Positions 15,978 through 25,585 of a DNA stretch of 28,309 nucleotides are shown piece after piece; the first letter of the stretch is position 1, and each line of letters starts with the position of its first letter. The position numbers and the translations under genes are program-made. The notes beneath the pieces are model-generated. The model searched no databases. It was not told where the DNA came from and saw only the letters and a list, made by a program, of their open reading frames with translations. Source of the stretch: a virus (taxonomy: Duplodnaviria > Heunggongvirae > Uroviricota > Caudoviricetes); IMG/VR virus record IMGVR_UViG_3300035492_000070. The stretch is one strand, 5' to 3'.

Positions 15978-17684
15978 ATGGACTATCCTTTTGACGTAGC
16001 GGATTTTATTAGGAACAATAAAGATCTAGTTAAGAAGTTTCTTAAGAAGAATACTTATAAACTTCATTTTCCTGATTTTATAACCGATAAAGACCATTGG
16101 TACCAAAATAACCCAATGATCATTCGAGCTGGTTGTAATTTTGAATATAACGATTTACAAAAATTAGAATATATCAAGTGCATGAAAGATGTCGTGTATT
16201 TCACTAAGAAGTACATCAAAATCATTTCTATTGATGATGGTATAATTCCATTTAACCTATACCCATTTCAAGAAGACTTGTTGAAATTATATCAAAGTTC
16301 ACGCTTTGTGATATCGATGCAGGCGAGGCAAACAGGTAAAACTCAAACTACAGCAGCATTCATTCTTCACTTTATCACATTCATACCGTCTAAGACTGTT
16401 GCTATATTAGCAAACAAGGCAGCACAAGCAAGGGAAATATTACAGCGGATCCAGATGTCATATGAATCGCTGCCCGCGTTTCTAAAGCGAGGAGTTAGAA
16501 CATATAACAAAGGTTCAATGAAGTTTGATAACTTGTCAGAAGCGTTCTGTGCAGCTTCTAGCTCTAGTTCCATTCGAGGTCGATCAATTTCACTGTTATA
16601 TATTGACGAATGTGCCTTCTTGAAGAATGACATGGAGTTTTATGAATCTACGTATCCAACGGTTTCATCAGGTAAAGAATCCCGTGTAATTATTACTTCT
16701 ACTCCTAATGGTGCACGTGGCTTATTCTACAAATTATGGATGGAGTCTGTTGCCAATATCAATACGTTCGTTCGAATGGAAGTGCCTTGGTACTTAGTTC
16801 CAGGCAGAGACGAAAAATGGAAAAATGAACAAATAGCGAATACCAGTATAGAGCAATTCAACCAGGAACACGGTTTGATATTCCGAGGTAGCCAGAACTC
16901 GTTATTAAGTTCCGATACGTTGGCTCGTTTACCTGTATTCAAGGTCATAGAAAAACATGGTGACTTGAAAGTGTATACTCAACCTAAAGAGGGTCATTCT
17001 TACTTTATTACTGTTGACACTTCACGAGGTTTAGGAAAAGACTACTCAGCCTTTATTGTTTATGACATTACAAAGGCACCATATGAAATTGTAGCTGTTT
17101 ATAGAAATAATCGTATTTCTCCAATGGTTTATCCTCAAGTTATCAGATCGATAGCAGACAAGTATAATAAGGCCTATGTAATGGTTGAGATTAATGACAT
17201 AGGTGAACAGGTTGCTTCTATACTCTACTACGACTTTGAATATGAAAACCTGTTAATGTGTTACAGTGAAAAGAGTTACCAAACCATAGGCTTCGTTAAA
17301 GACGCTCGTTTAGGGGTTCGTACTACTGTTCAAGTTAAATCTATTGGTTGTTCTACCGTCAAGACTATGATTGAAACTGATAAACTAATTCTAAAAGACG
17401 AAGATGTTATTTCTGAATTTGGTACGTTTATTCCTAAAGGTAAATCATATGAAGCTGATAGCGGTGCGAATGATGACTTGGCTATGTGCTGTGTTTTATT
17501 TGCGTGGGCATCAGTTCAAGACTATTTTATCGATTTGGTAAACCGTGATATTAAGAAAGATATAAGAGAAAGTCTTATAAACGAAGCAATGGAAGATTTA
17601 ATGCCGTTCGGTTTTATTGAAGATGGTGTATTTGAATATTCGGGCGTAACTCAACCTTTAGGTGATAATTGGGGCGTTATTTAG
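15978..17684 (+). CDS. gp17: Terminase large subunit gp17
   Basis: LYPFQ, ARQTGKT (Walker A), LLYIDE (Walker B), TSTPNG, nuclease VDTSRGLGKDYS and NDDLAM. Confidence 0.96.
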   Translation: MDYPFDVADFIRNNKDLVKKFLKKNTYKLHFPDFITDKDHWYQNNPMIIRAGCNFEYNDLQKLEYIKCMKDVVYFTKKYIKIISIDDGIIPFNLYPFQEDLLKLYQSSRFVISMQARQTGKTQTTAAFILHFITFIPSKTVAILANKAAQAREILQRIQMSYESLPAFLKRGVRTYNKGSMKFDNLSEAFCAASSSSSIRGRSISLLYIDECAFLKNDMEFYESTYPTVSSGKESRVIITSTPNGARGLFYKLWMESVANINTFVRMEVPWYLVPGRDEKWKNEQIANTSIEQFNQEHGLIFRGSQNSLLSSDTLARLPVFKVIEKHGDLKVYTQPKEGHSYFITVDTSRGLGKDYSAFIVYDITKAPYEIVAVYRNNRISPMVYPQVIRSIADKYNKAYVMVEINDIGEQVASILYYDFEYENLLMCYSEKSYQTIGFVKDARLGVRTTVQVKSIGCSTVKTMIETDKLILKDEDVISEFGTFIPKGKSYEADSGANDDLAMCCVLFAWASVQDYFIDLVNRDIKKDIRESLINEAMEDLMPFGFIEDGVFEYSGVTQPLGDNWGVI

Positions 17685-17697
17685 AATTAGTGGAAGT

Positions 17698-17705
17698 TAT
17701 AAATA
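17698..17705 (+). promoter_or_regulatory. T4-type late promoter TATAAATA
   Basis: Exact consensus, intergenic before gp18; GAGGA RBS follows. Confidence 0.85.
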
Positions 17706-17746
17706 AATTATAATTCTATAGTATCTAACCAAATGAGGAAACACAA

Positions 17747-19348
17747 ATGGCATTATCTCCAGGCGTATCTTCAGTTGAAAGAGACTTAACCTTTAATATT
17801 CAAAGTATTACTTCGAATGCAGCTGGTTATGTAGGTCTTTTCAACTGGGGCCCAGCAGAAGAAATTATCCAAATCACCACTAACGAGTCAGAATTGGTTC
17901 GTCGTTTTGGTCAACCGGACTCTACCACCTCACCATTCTTTCATGCCGCTGCCAACTATATGTTGTATAGCGTACCTTTGAATGTTGTGCGTGCATTGGG
18001 TCCTTTAGCATTAAACGCAATTTCAGCTGATGTTATTACTGCTAACATTGATCCTGTTCTAGTTAAAAACGATTCCGACTACGAAGGTCAATTATTCACC
18101 GGTATCTCTTTCATTGGTCGTTATGCAGGTGAATTAGGTAACTCAATCAAAATCTCTATTGCCAACAGCACGGGTTTTAGCACATGGCAATATGCTAGTT
18201 TGTTTGATTATGCGCCTGGTAGTACAGACGTATTCAACGTGGTTGTAATTGACGAAGATGGTGCTATTACTGGTACTGCAGGTTCGGTTATTGAGCAATA
18301 TGAGTTAATGACTTTAACCGAAGGCTCAAAGAAAACTGATGGTAGTTCTGCATATTTACCTGAAGTTCTAAAAGTGCAATCACAATTCGTATTAGTAGGT
18401 GACGTTAGCGCAATCTCTTTAGTGTCAGGTACATACGAAGTTTCGTTGGCAGGTGCTGTCGATGATAATGATGTTGATACAGCAGACTTTATCTCTTGTT
18501 GGGATTTATTCAACAACGAAGAAGAAGTTGAGTTGGTACGGGTGTTTACATCATTCAACCCAACCACAGCCGTAACTCGTGCAATTGATGTTTGCGATAG
18601 TCGATTAGATGCTGTTGCTTTTAACGCTCCTCGTTTAGTTGATGTATATAACAACCCTGACCGAGTTGAAGACATTCGTGCATATTTCAACGTTGACATC
18701 AATAAACCATCAAGCTATGCGTTCAACGTAGATAACTGGAAACTGGTTTATGACAAATACAATGACAAGAACATTTGGATTCCTTGCGATTCTGATGCTG
18801 CTGGTCTTCATGCCCGTGTCTTTGTACAAGCTGAACCTTGGTTCTCTCCAGCAGGTTTGAATCGTGGCCAGTTAAAGAACGTTATTAAACTTGCTTGGTC
18901 AGCCAACAAACCACAACGCGATGTACTGTATCCAAACAGTATTAATAGCATTGTAGCGTTTGCAGGTGAAGGTACCGTGTTATATGGTGATAAGACTGCC
19001 TTGCGTGCGCCTAGTGCGTTCAGTCGTATTAACGTTCGTACTCTATTCATTGTTATCAAGAAAGCAATCAGCAGAGCTGCCCGTTATCAGTTATTCGAGT
19101 TGAATGACTTTATCACACAATCATTATTCCGTAATGCAACCGATCGTTATTTAGATGATGTTGTTGCGCGTCGTGGTATTATTGATAAACGTGTCGTATG
19201 TGACTCGACCAACAATACTCCACAGGTAATTGATAGTAACGAGTTTGTCGGTGACATATTTGTAAAACCTAGTCGCAGCATTAACTTCATTCGCTTGAAC
19301 TTCGTTGCGGTTGGTACAGGAATTAGTTTCGAAGAGTTGGAGGGTTAA
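17747..19348 (+). CDS. gp18: Tail sheath protein gp18
   Basis: MALSPGVSSVERDLT..FNWGP..PWFSPAGLNRG..LYGDKT..FSRINVRTLF..FELND..DIFVKPSRSINFIRLNFVA. Confidence 0.96.
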   Translation: MALSPGVSSVERDLTFNIQSITSNAAGYVGLFNWGPAEEIIQITTNESELVRRFGQPDSTTSPFFHAAANYMLYSVPLNVVRALGPLALNAISADVITANIDPVLVKNDSDYEGQLFTGISFIGRYAGELGNSIKISIANSTGFSTWQYASLFDYAPGSTDVFNVVVIDEDGAITGTAGSVIEQYELMTLTEGSKKTDGSSAYLPEVLKVQSQFVLVGDVSAISLVSGTYEVSLAGAVDDNDVDTADFISCWDLFNNEEEVELVRVFTSFNPTTAVTRAIDVCDSRLDAVAFNAPRLVDVYNNPDRVEDIRAYFNVDINKPSSYAFNVDNWKLVYDKYNDKNIWIPCDSDAAGLHARVFVQAEPWFSPAGLNRGQLKNVIKLAWSANKPQRDVLYPNSINSIVAFAGEGTVLYGDKTALRAPSAFSRINVRTLFIVIKKAISRAARYQLFELNDFITQSLFRNATDRYLDDVVARRGIIDKRVVCDSTNNTPQVIDSNEFVGDIFVKPSRSINFIRLNFVAVGTGISFEELEG

Positions 19349-19351
19349 TAG

Positions 19352-19879
19352 ATGGCTAGTATTGCACAATTTAAAGCAGCTCTTCGTGGTGGTGGTGCAA
19401 GAGCCAACCGCTTTGAAGTGTTGGTAAACTTCCCGGCATTCGCTGCTGGGGCTGATACAATCCGTAAAACCCCGTTCTTGTGTTCTTCTGCACAATTACC
19501 GGGTTCTACTTTAGGTGTTATTGAACAACCATTCCGTGGTCGTGTTCTAAAACTGGCAGGTGACCGTGTGTTTGATGAATGGGAAGTTACATTCGTCAAC
19601 GATACAGACTTTGATATCCGTAACGCATTTGAACGGTGGCACAATGGTATCAATGGTTATAACTCAAATACTGGTTTGACTGTTCCAGATGAGTATATGG
19701 TTGAAGTTACCGTTTACCAGTTAGACAGTAACGACAACAGAATCAAAGAATATACTTTGAAATTGGCATGGCCTACTGTTGTTGCCCCTATCGAAGTTGG
19801 TCAAGATCAAACAGACCAGATTGAATTGTTCTCGGTCACATTTGCGTACTCGGACGTAAACAATGGGCAGTCGACCTAA
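19352..19879 (+). CDS. gp19: Tail tube protein gp19
   Basis: FKAALRGGGARANRFEV..AQLPGSTLG..FRGRVLKLAGDRVFDEWEVTFVND..FSVTFAY. Confidence 0.95.
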   Translation: MASIAQFKAALRGGGARANRFEVLVNFPAFAAGADTIRKTPFLCSSAQLPGSTLGVIEQPFRGRVLKLAGDRVFDEWEVTFVNDTDFDIRNAFERWHNGINGYNSNTGLTVPDEYMVEVTVYQLDSNDNRIKEYTLKLAWPTVVAPIEVGQDQTDQIELFSVTFAYSDVNNGQST

Positions 19880-19886
19880 TAGGTCA

Positions 19887-19921
19887 ACTAAATAAAAGAA
19901 AGGTGGGATATTCTCCCACCT
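19887..19921 (+). promoter_or_regulatory. Late promoter ACTAAATA followed by a leader hairpin before gene 20
   Basis: ACTAAATA at 19887-19894; AGGTGGGA-TATTC-TCCCACCT at 19901-19921, then AACTTTT. Terminator for gene 19 or a 5' stabiliser. Confidence 0.6.
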
Positions 19922-19943
19922 AACTTTTAGAGGATGATACTTA

Positions 19944-21458
19944 ATGGCAATGTTTGACTGGCTTAAAACCAAAAAGATAGCGGACGAACCGTCGAAAGAT
20001 GCTTTGTCTAACCAAATCGCTACTTCTTATGATGATGGTGCATTGAATTTAGAGAATGCTGTTAATAACTTCATTCTTAACTTTGATTGGTCTGCTAACT
20101 CACAGGCAGAATTGATTGACAAATATCGAGAAATTGCAAACTTCAATGAAGTTGATTATGCGATTGAAGATATTATTAACGAAATGGTTTCATTCTCAGA
20201 AGATGAACAACCAGTAACACTTAATCTAGATGAACTAGAACTTTCTGATAAGGTAAAAGAACGCATTCATGAAGCATGGGATAAAATATGTGACCTTCTC
20301 GCATTAAAGGACACTATTCATACCAGAGCTCGCAATTTTTACACTGATGGTCGGTTGGCTTATCAAAAGGTTGTAGACAAGAATAAATCTAAACAGGGTT
20401 TGCTTGGTATTGTAGAACTTGATCCTAAGTTCGTAACTAAAGTAAGGAATATTCAATACTCGCCTGATAATAAAACTATCACGAGCATTGATGAATATTT
20501 CATTTACGACGAAAAGACTAAAACTGAAAATACCAAGAACCATACAAAAACGACACAGAATCATTACAAGCAAGCATTGCAGTTATCTAAAGAATCTTTG
20601 ACTTATGTTACGTCTGGGTTAATTGACCCTAAAACAGGTTATGCTATTAGTTGGTTACATAAAGCGGTAAAACCCGCTAACCAATTAAGAATGATGGAAA
20701 ACTCATTGGTTATATACCGTATTACACGGGCACCAGAACGTAGAGTGTTTTATGTAGATGTGGGTAATTTACCTAAATCTAAGGCAGAGAATTACTTAAA
20801 CAACCTGAAAAACTCATACCGTAACCGTATGACGTATGATCCAGAAAACGGCTCGTTTAAAGATGCTCGTCACTTAATGACAATGCAAGAAGATTTTTGG
20901 TTACCTCGTACAGGTAGTGGTAAAGGCACAGAGGTTTCTACTTTACCAGGGGGCGCTAACTTAGATTCAATTGAAGACGTATTATATTTCTTAAAACGTT
21001 TATACAAATCATTGAATATTCCATTGTCGCGTTTAGAAGACAATTCAATGATGTCATTGGGCAGAAGTGCAGAAATCAACCGTGACGAATTAAAATTCTC
21101 TAAATTCGTTTCAAAGATTCGTAAACGTTTTAATATGATGTTCCGTGACCTATTAAGAACAGAATTGATTTTATGTAATGTTATTAAAGACGATGAATGG
21201 AATGACATTGAAAATAAAATCAGTTTCAAATACGCACAGGATATGTATCTTGAAGAACGTAAATTCTTTGAGATGATGAGAGACCGTATTGAGTTAGCTA
21301 AAGATATGGAACAGTATGTTGGTAAGTATTATAGTCATAACTTCATTAGAAGCAAAATCCTCCAACAAACAGACTTAGATGTCAAAGAAGAGGATGACAT
21401 GATTACCAAAGAAGTTTCAAACAAACAATTTCAACCAAAAGAAGAAGAATTTAATTAG
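19944..21458 (+). CDS. gp20: Portal protein gp20
   Basis: YREIANFNEVDYAIEDIINE..WLHKAVKPANQLRMMENSLVIYRITRAPERRVFYVDVGNLPK..EDFWLPR..GTEVSTLPGG. Confidence 0.97.
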   Translation: MAMFDWLKTKKIADEPSKDALSNQIATSYDDGALNLENAVNNFILNFDWSANSQAELIDKYREIANFNEVDYAIEDIINEMVSFSEDEQPVTLNLDELELSDKVKERIHEAWDKICDLLALKDTIHTRARNFYTDGRLAYQKVVDKNKSKQGLLGIVELDPKFVTKVRNIQYSPDNKTITSIDEYFIYDEKTKTENTKNHTKTTQNHYKQALQLSKESLTYVTSGLIDPKTGYAISWLHKAVKPANQLRMMENSLVIYRITRAPERRVFYVDVGNLPKSKAENYLNNLKNSYRNRMTYDPENGSFKDARHLMTMQEDFWLPRTGSGKGTEVSTLPGGANLDSIEDVLYFLKRLYKSLNIPLSRLEDNSMMSLGRSAEINRDELKFSKFVSKIRKRFNMMFRDLLRTELILCNVIKDDEWNDIENKISFKYAQDMYLEERKFFEMMRDRIELAKDMEQYVGKYYSHNFIRSKILQQTDLDVKEEDDMITKEVSNKQFQPKEEEFN

Positions 21459-21469
21459 GAGATATAACA

Positions 21470-21721
21470 ATGTCTGATATTCAAACCTTTATCACCGAAG
21501 CCAAGCAAGGTAAAGTTGTAAGTGCAATTGAAGCTATCAAAGAAGCCCTTTCTGTACAGGCTCGTGAAATTGTTCAAGGGTCTTTAGAAGAAGCTGCCAC
21601 TCAGTATGGTCTTCAAGTCGAAAAGAAATACATGAAGGAAGAAGACGAAGATATGGACAAGGAAGAAGGCGAAGACAAGGAAGAAAAAGAGGAAGATGAA
21701 GAAGATTCTGAGGACGAGTAA
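21470..21721 (+). CDS. gp67: Prohead core protein gp67-like
   Basis: 83 aa with a highly acidic C-terminus, positioned between 20 and 68; FITE-A is a candidate gp21 cleavage site. Confidence 0.7.
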   Translation: MSDIQTFITEAKQGKVVSAIEAIKEALSVQAREIVQGSLEEAATQYGLQVEKKYMKEEDEDMDKEEGEDKEEKEEDEEDSEDE

Positions 21722-22504
21722 ATGACCACAGAAAATATCACTGAAGCGAGGTTGATCACCAAGGTCAATGCTCGCGGAGAAAAACGTAGAAGCGCAGATA
21801 ACGAATGTTACGTTTACGGCTTGTTTAGAGGAAACGGTGAAATATTCTATATAGGTAAAGGATCCAATGGTCGGGTGCTTGTACATTTTAAAAAATCAAA
21901 TAATGTCCATGTTCAAAGAATTATAAATTCTGATAAAAATGTATATTTTAAAATAATTGATTGGAATTTAAGTCATGATGTTGCTTATGAATTAGAGGCA
22001 CTATTAGTGGAAGAAATAGGCAGATCTGATTTGAAACAAGGTCCTTTGGTTAACTTTACACAAGGTGGAAAGGGAACAAAAGGATGGATCCCCGATGAAG
22101 TTGAAATAAAAAGAAGGAGCGATTATAGAAAGAAAAATCCTCCTATTCTATCAGAAGAATCTAAGAAACGCATTTCTGAAACTTTGAAAGCAAGAGCAAA
22201 AAAATACGATAACAGTTTCAAAGGTAAAAAGCATAGTGATTTAACTAAGAAACAAATGTCGATTAATCATGCAAATTTTTCTTTGTGGCGACACCCTAAA
22301 GCAAAGAAAAATTTGTGGGTTAAATCTTTAGAGCTATATGATATTTGGCTATTAATGAATAAACCTAATGCGCATATGATGTGTATTAGAATGGAAGTGA
22401 AGTACGAAAATACTTATATGTCCATAGTAAATAAGTTTAAAGAAGGATGGGTACCTAAAGAAGATTATGAATTCTTAGATTGGTATAAGGCAACTAAAAT
22501 ATGA
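21722..22504 (+). mobile_element. Free-standing GIY-YIG-like homing endonuclease with NUMOD3 motifs, fused to a gp68-like N-terminus
   Basis: YVYGL..FYIGKG..R..H; ELEALL..LVN; NUMOD3-like LSEESKKRIS and FKGKKHSDLTKKQMS; first 23 aa duplicate the gp68 start; AT-rich relative to flanking genes. Confidence 0.85.
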
Positions 22505-22770
22505 ACCAAGTTATTGAAGAAGCTAGAATAATCACAAAAGTCAACTCCAGAGGCGAGAAAAGAAGAAGGATCCGTTGCAGGCCCGGATACAAGCTAAATG
22601 ATACCGGTACTTCATGTGTACCAATTACAGGCTCGGAAAAGGCGACTAAGCGTAGAGCCATTCGTAAAGCTCTTAGAACAAAACGTTCTATGGGCAAAGG
22701 CTTTCAAATCCGAGTTAAAAGAAAAAGACTAAAAGCGTTAAGAAAACGCAAAGCATACGGGTTGAAATAA
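22501..22770 (+). CDS. gp68: Prohead core protein gp68-like
   Basis: Very basic 89-aa protein ending KRLKALRKRKAYGL, immediately before gp21. Confidence 0.8.
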   Translation: MNQVIEEARIITKVNSRGEKRRRIRCRPGYKLNDTGTSCVPITGSEKATKRRAIRKALRTKRSMGKGFQIRVKRKRLKALRKRKAYGLK

Positions 22771-22772
22771 TC

Positions 22773-23405
22773 ATGGCTAAGCTATTATTCGAATCAAGTT
22801 TTCAAGTTGAGTCTTTACACGAAAATACCCCTCACGGTAAGCAGTTATATATCGAAGGGATTTTCGCGCAGGCCAACGTTAAAAATGGTAATGGTAGAAT
22901 GTATTCACGTTCTGTCATGGAACAGGCTGTTGATTCATACAACGAATCGTATGTCAAAAAACGCCGTGCCTTAGGTGAGCTAAATCACCCTGACCGCCCT
23001 TTTGCTGATCCTGCCGAAGCCGCTATTCTTATTGAATCGTTTGAAATGCAGGGTGATAACGTAATTGGTAAAGCTAAGGTATTGAATACACCTAAGGGAC
23101 AAATTATCAAAGGTCTCTTAGAGGGTGGATTCAACTTGGGTGTATCTACTCGTGGTTTGGGTTCTTTGGTAGAAAAGAACGGGGTCAAGCACGTTCAGAA
23201 TGATTTCATGTTAACTGCTGTTGATGCTGTTGATATGCCATCTGGGCCTAATTGCTATGTGAATTCATTGTATGAATCTACATGGGTAAATAAGAATGGT
23301 GTATGGGTCCATGTAAACGAACAACAAAATATCCAACCTATTGATGAATCGTTAGCTTTAGAGTGGATTGAAGATTTTGTCAAAAAACTAAAAGGTAATA
23401 AGTAG
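22773..23405 (+). CDS. gp21: Prohead protease gp21
   Basis: LYIEGIFAQANVKNGNGRMY..ALGELNHP..IGKAKVLNTPKG..GVSTRGLGSL..DAVDMPSGPNCYV. Confidence 0.95.
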   Translation: MAKLLFESSFQVESLHENTPHGKQLYIEGIFAQANVKNGNGRMYSRSVMEQAVDSYNESYVKKRRALGELNHPDRPFADPAEAAILIESFEMQGDNVIGKAKVLNTPKGQIIKGLLEGGFNLGVSTRGLGSLVEKNGVKHVQNDFMLTAVDAVDMPSGPNCYVNSLYESTWVNKNGVWVHVNEQQNIQPIDESLALEWIEDFVKKLKGNK

Positions 23406-23418
23406 TTTTTTGAATGTT

Positions 23419-23426
23419 TATAAATA
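23419..23426 (+). promoter_or_regulatory. T4-type late promoter TATAAATA
   Basis: Exact consensus, intergenic before gp22. Confidence 0.85.
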
Positions 23427-23461
23427 AATTTACATCGTAACAAAACTGAGGATAAAGTCAA

Positions 23462-24196
23462 ATGTCAGAACATATCAAACAACTGTTCGAAGGACAAGAC
23501 CTTTCAGATGAGTTTAAAACTAAGGCCTCTGCTATTTTCGAATCAGTTCTAGAAGAAAAGACTGCTCAGATTCGCGAAGACTTAGAAAAAGAACTGACTG
23601 AATCGTATGAGTCTAAAACTGCTACTCGCGTTAAAGAGCTGGAAGACCTGACTGAACGATACATTCAGACTGAGGTTGTACCGCACTTCGAGAAATTAAT
23701 GGATGCTGCTATTACTGAATGGAAAGAAGAGAACGCTATTGCTCTTGCTAAAGGTGCTAAAGTTGAATTAGCCGAATCTTTCCTAGCCGGTATGGTAGGC
23801 CTGTTAGAAAACCATAATATGTCATTATCAGCCGAGAAGTTAGATGCTCTGGATGAAATGACCAATAAAGTTGCCGAATTAAATGCTAAGATTGATGAGA
23901 TGAAAATTCAATCAATTGAGTTAGCAGAACAAAATCGTAAACTGGTTAAAGAGTCTTTAGTTAAAGACGCCACTGCTCAATTAAGCGATGTTCAGAAAGA
24001 CAAGCTGGCTCCTGTTGTTGAGAAGTTAGAGTTCAAAAACGAAGAACAGTTTACAGGTGCTATCAAATCTTTAATTGAATCTTATTTCCCGGTTAATACT
24101 AATGTTGAAACAGAAGTGTTACCTAAGCCAATTAAAGAAGAAGTAGCAAAACCTAAAACGTATGCCACTTCATTAATTGAACAAGCATTACGGTAA
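23462..24196 (+). CDS. gp22: Prohead scaffold protein gp22
   Basis: LFEGQDLSDEFKTKASAIFE..WKEENAIAL..AESFLAGMVGLL..LSDVQKDKL; helical and acidic. Confidence 0.9.
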   Translation: MSEHIKQLFEGQDLSDEFKTKASAIFESVLEEKTAQIREDLEKELTESYESKTATRVKELEDLTERYIQTEVVPHFEKLMDAAITEWKEENAIALAKGAKVELAESFLAGMVGLLENHNMSLSAEKLDALDEMTNKVAELNAKIDEMKIQSIELAEQNRKLVKESLVKDATAQLSDVQKDKLAPVVEKLEFKNEEQFTGAIKSLIESYFPVNTNVETEVLPKPIKEEVAKPKTYATSLIEQALR

Positions 24197-24209
24197 GATT
24201 TACCAGTTT

Positions 24210-24217
24210 TATAAATA
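24210..24217 (+). promoter_or_regulatory. T4-type late promoter TATAAATA
   Basis: Exact consensus before gp23; TAGGAG RBS. Confidence 0.87.
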
Positions 24218-24258
24218 ATTTTAACTCAATAAAGTTGAATTCCTTAGGAGATTACAAA

Positions 24259-25542
24259 ATGGCAGAATTGCTAAAAGAAGAAATCCAGAAACTGATCGAA
24301 AGCGAGTCTTTCCCTAAGATCACTTCTGATTACCGTAAAAAAGTTACCGAGTCAGTATTGGCTAACCAAATCAATTACCTGAACGGTGTTAACGAAAGTA
24401 CCGGTGCTCCTACTAACCAGACTTCTGGTGTAGCTAACTGGGACCCAGTATTAATTAAAATGGTTCGTCGTTCAATGCCTCAACTGATGGCGTTTGACCT
24501 GATGGGCGTACAGCCAATGTCTGGTCCTACTGGTTCAATCTTCGCAATGCGTGCTCGTTACACCAATCAAACTGGTGCAGAAGCTCTGTTTGACGAAGCT
24601 AATTCGGCGTTCTCTGGTACCGGCGCACAAGCAGGCGATACTTCAGGTTTCGCCGCTGATGCTTTCGGTGTAGGCGATCCAGCCGCTGCTACCACTTACG
24701 GTACTGCAATGACCAAAGCCGCCGGCGAAGTTTTAGGTTCAACTGGTAACCCAGCTTGGGCAGAAATGGCATTCAGTATTGAACGTGTTGACGTTTCAGC
24801 GAAAACTCGTAAACTGAAAGCTCACTTCAGCCGCGAACTGCAATATGACATGAAGAACATTCATGGCTTAGATGCAGAGACTGAACTGGCTAACATTCTG
24901 TCTACTGAAATCACCGCTGAAATCGACCGTGAATGTTTACGTACAATCAACGTAGCTGCTCAATTAGGTGCTCAAACCGCCGCTGTTCCAGGTTTGTTTG
25001 ACGTAGCTGCTGACAGTGATGGTCGTTGGTTAGTAGAACGCTTCAAAGGTCTGTTGTTCCAGATCGAAATTGAAGCTAACGCAGTTGCAAAAGCTACCCG
25101 TCGTGGCCGTGCTAACCGCATTGTTTGCTCTAGCAACGTTGCCTCTGCACTGAACATGGCTGGCGTATTAGACTACAACCCAGCTCTGGCTGCTACTCTG
25201 GTTGTTGACGATACTGCCCAAACCTACGCAGGTGTGCTGTTAGGTAAATACCAAGTATTCATCGACCCGTATGCCACTGTTGACTACGTAACTGTTGGTT
25301 ACCGTGGTAGCAATGCTTGGGACGCTGGTGTATACTTCTGTCCGTACCTGCCGTTAGAGATGTACCGTACTGTTGGTCAAGATACTTTCAACCCAATCGT
25401 CGGTTTCGCTACTCGTTACGGCGTAATTGCTAACCCATTCGCTAGCCACACTGCTTCAGGTGCTAAGACTGGATTGGGCCTTGGTTCTGGGGAAAATCAG
25501 TACTTCAGAAAAATGGCTGTTCGCAACATCACTGGCGTATAA
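24259..25542 (+). CDS. gp23: Major capsid protein gp23
   Basis: DPVLIKMVRRSMPQLMAFDLMGVQPMSGPTGSIFAMRARY..EMAFSIERVDVSAKTRKLKA..ELANILSTEITAEIDRE..FYCPY-like YFCPYLPL..GFATRYG. Start at ATG 24259 after the RBS. Confidence 0.98.
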   Translation: MAELLKEEIQKLIESESFPKITSDYRKKVTESVLANQINYLNGVNESTGAPTNQTSGVANWDPVLIKMVRRSMPQLMAFDLMGVQPMSGPTGSIFAMRARYTNQTGAEALFDEANSAFSGTGAQAGDTSGFAADAFGVGDPAAATTYGTAMTKAAGEVLGSTGNPAWAEMAFSIERVDVSAKTRKLKAHFSRELQYDMKNIHGLDAETELANILSTEITAEIDRECLRTINVAAQLGAQTAAVPGLFDVAADSDGRWLVERFKGLLFQIEIEANAVAKATRRGRANRIVCSSNVASALNMAGVLDYNPALAATLVVDDTAQTYAGVLLGKYQVFIDPYATVDYVTVGYRGSNAWDAGVYFCPYLPLEMYRTVGQDTFNPIVGFATRYGVIANPFASHTASGAKTGLGLGSGENQYFRKMAVRNITGV

Positions 25543-25559
25543 TCAATATACGAATCGAC

Positions 25560-25585
25560 AAGCCCGCTTTAAAGCGGGCTTTCTT
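25560..25585. terminator. Palindromic terminator after gene 23, probably bidirectional
   Basis: Perfect 22-bp palindrome AAGCCCGCTTTAAAGCGGGCTT followed by TCTT, between convergent genes. Confidence 0.85.

Noticed and set aside
97-19921. Same TATTC loop in the hairpins at 97-113 and 19901-19921
   Set aside because: They are transcribed from opposite strands (GAAUA versus UAUUC loops) with different stems; probably coincidence.
21630-21721. GAA/GAG/GAC-rich low-complexity purine stretch
   Set aside because: Explained by the acidic C-terminal tail of the gp67-like protein.
14301-21886. Minus-strand ORFs 14301-14522, 15669-15884, 16367-16633, 16727-16948, 18208-18702, 18808-19059, 19151-19495, 19345-19653, 19721-19972, 20304-20573, 20870-21229, 21584-21886
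   Set aside because: Antisense shadows of conserved structural genes, expected from their codon bias.
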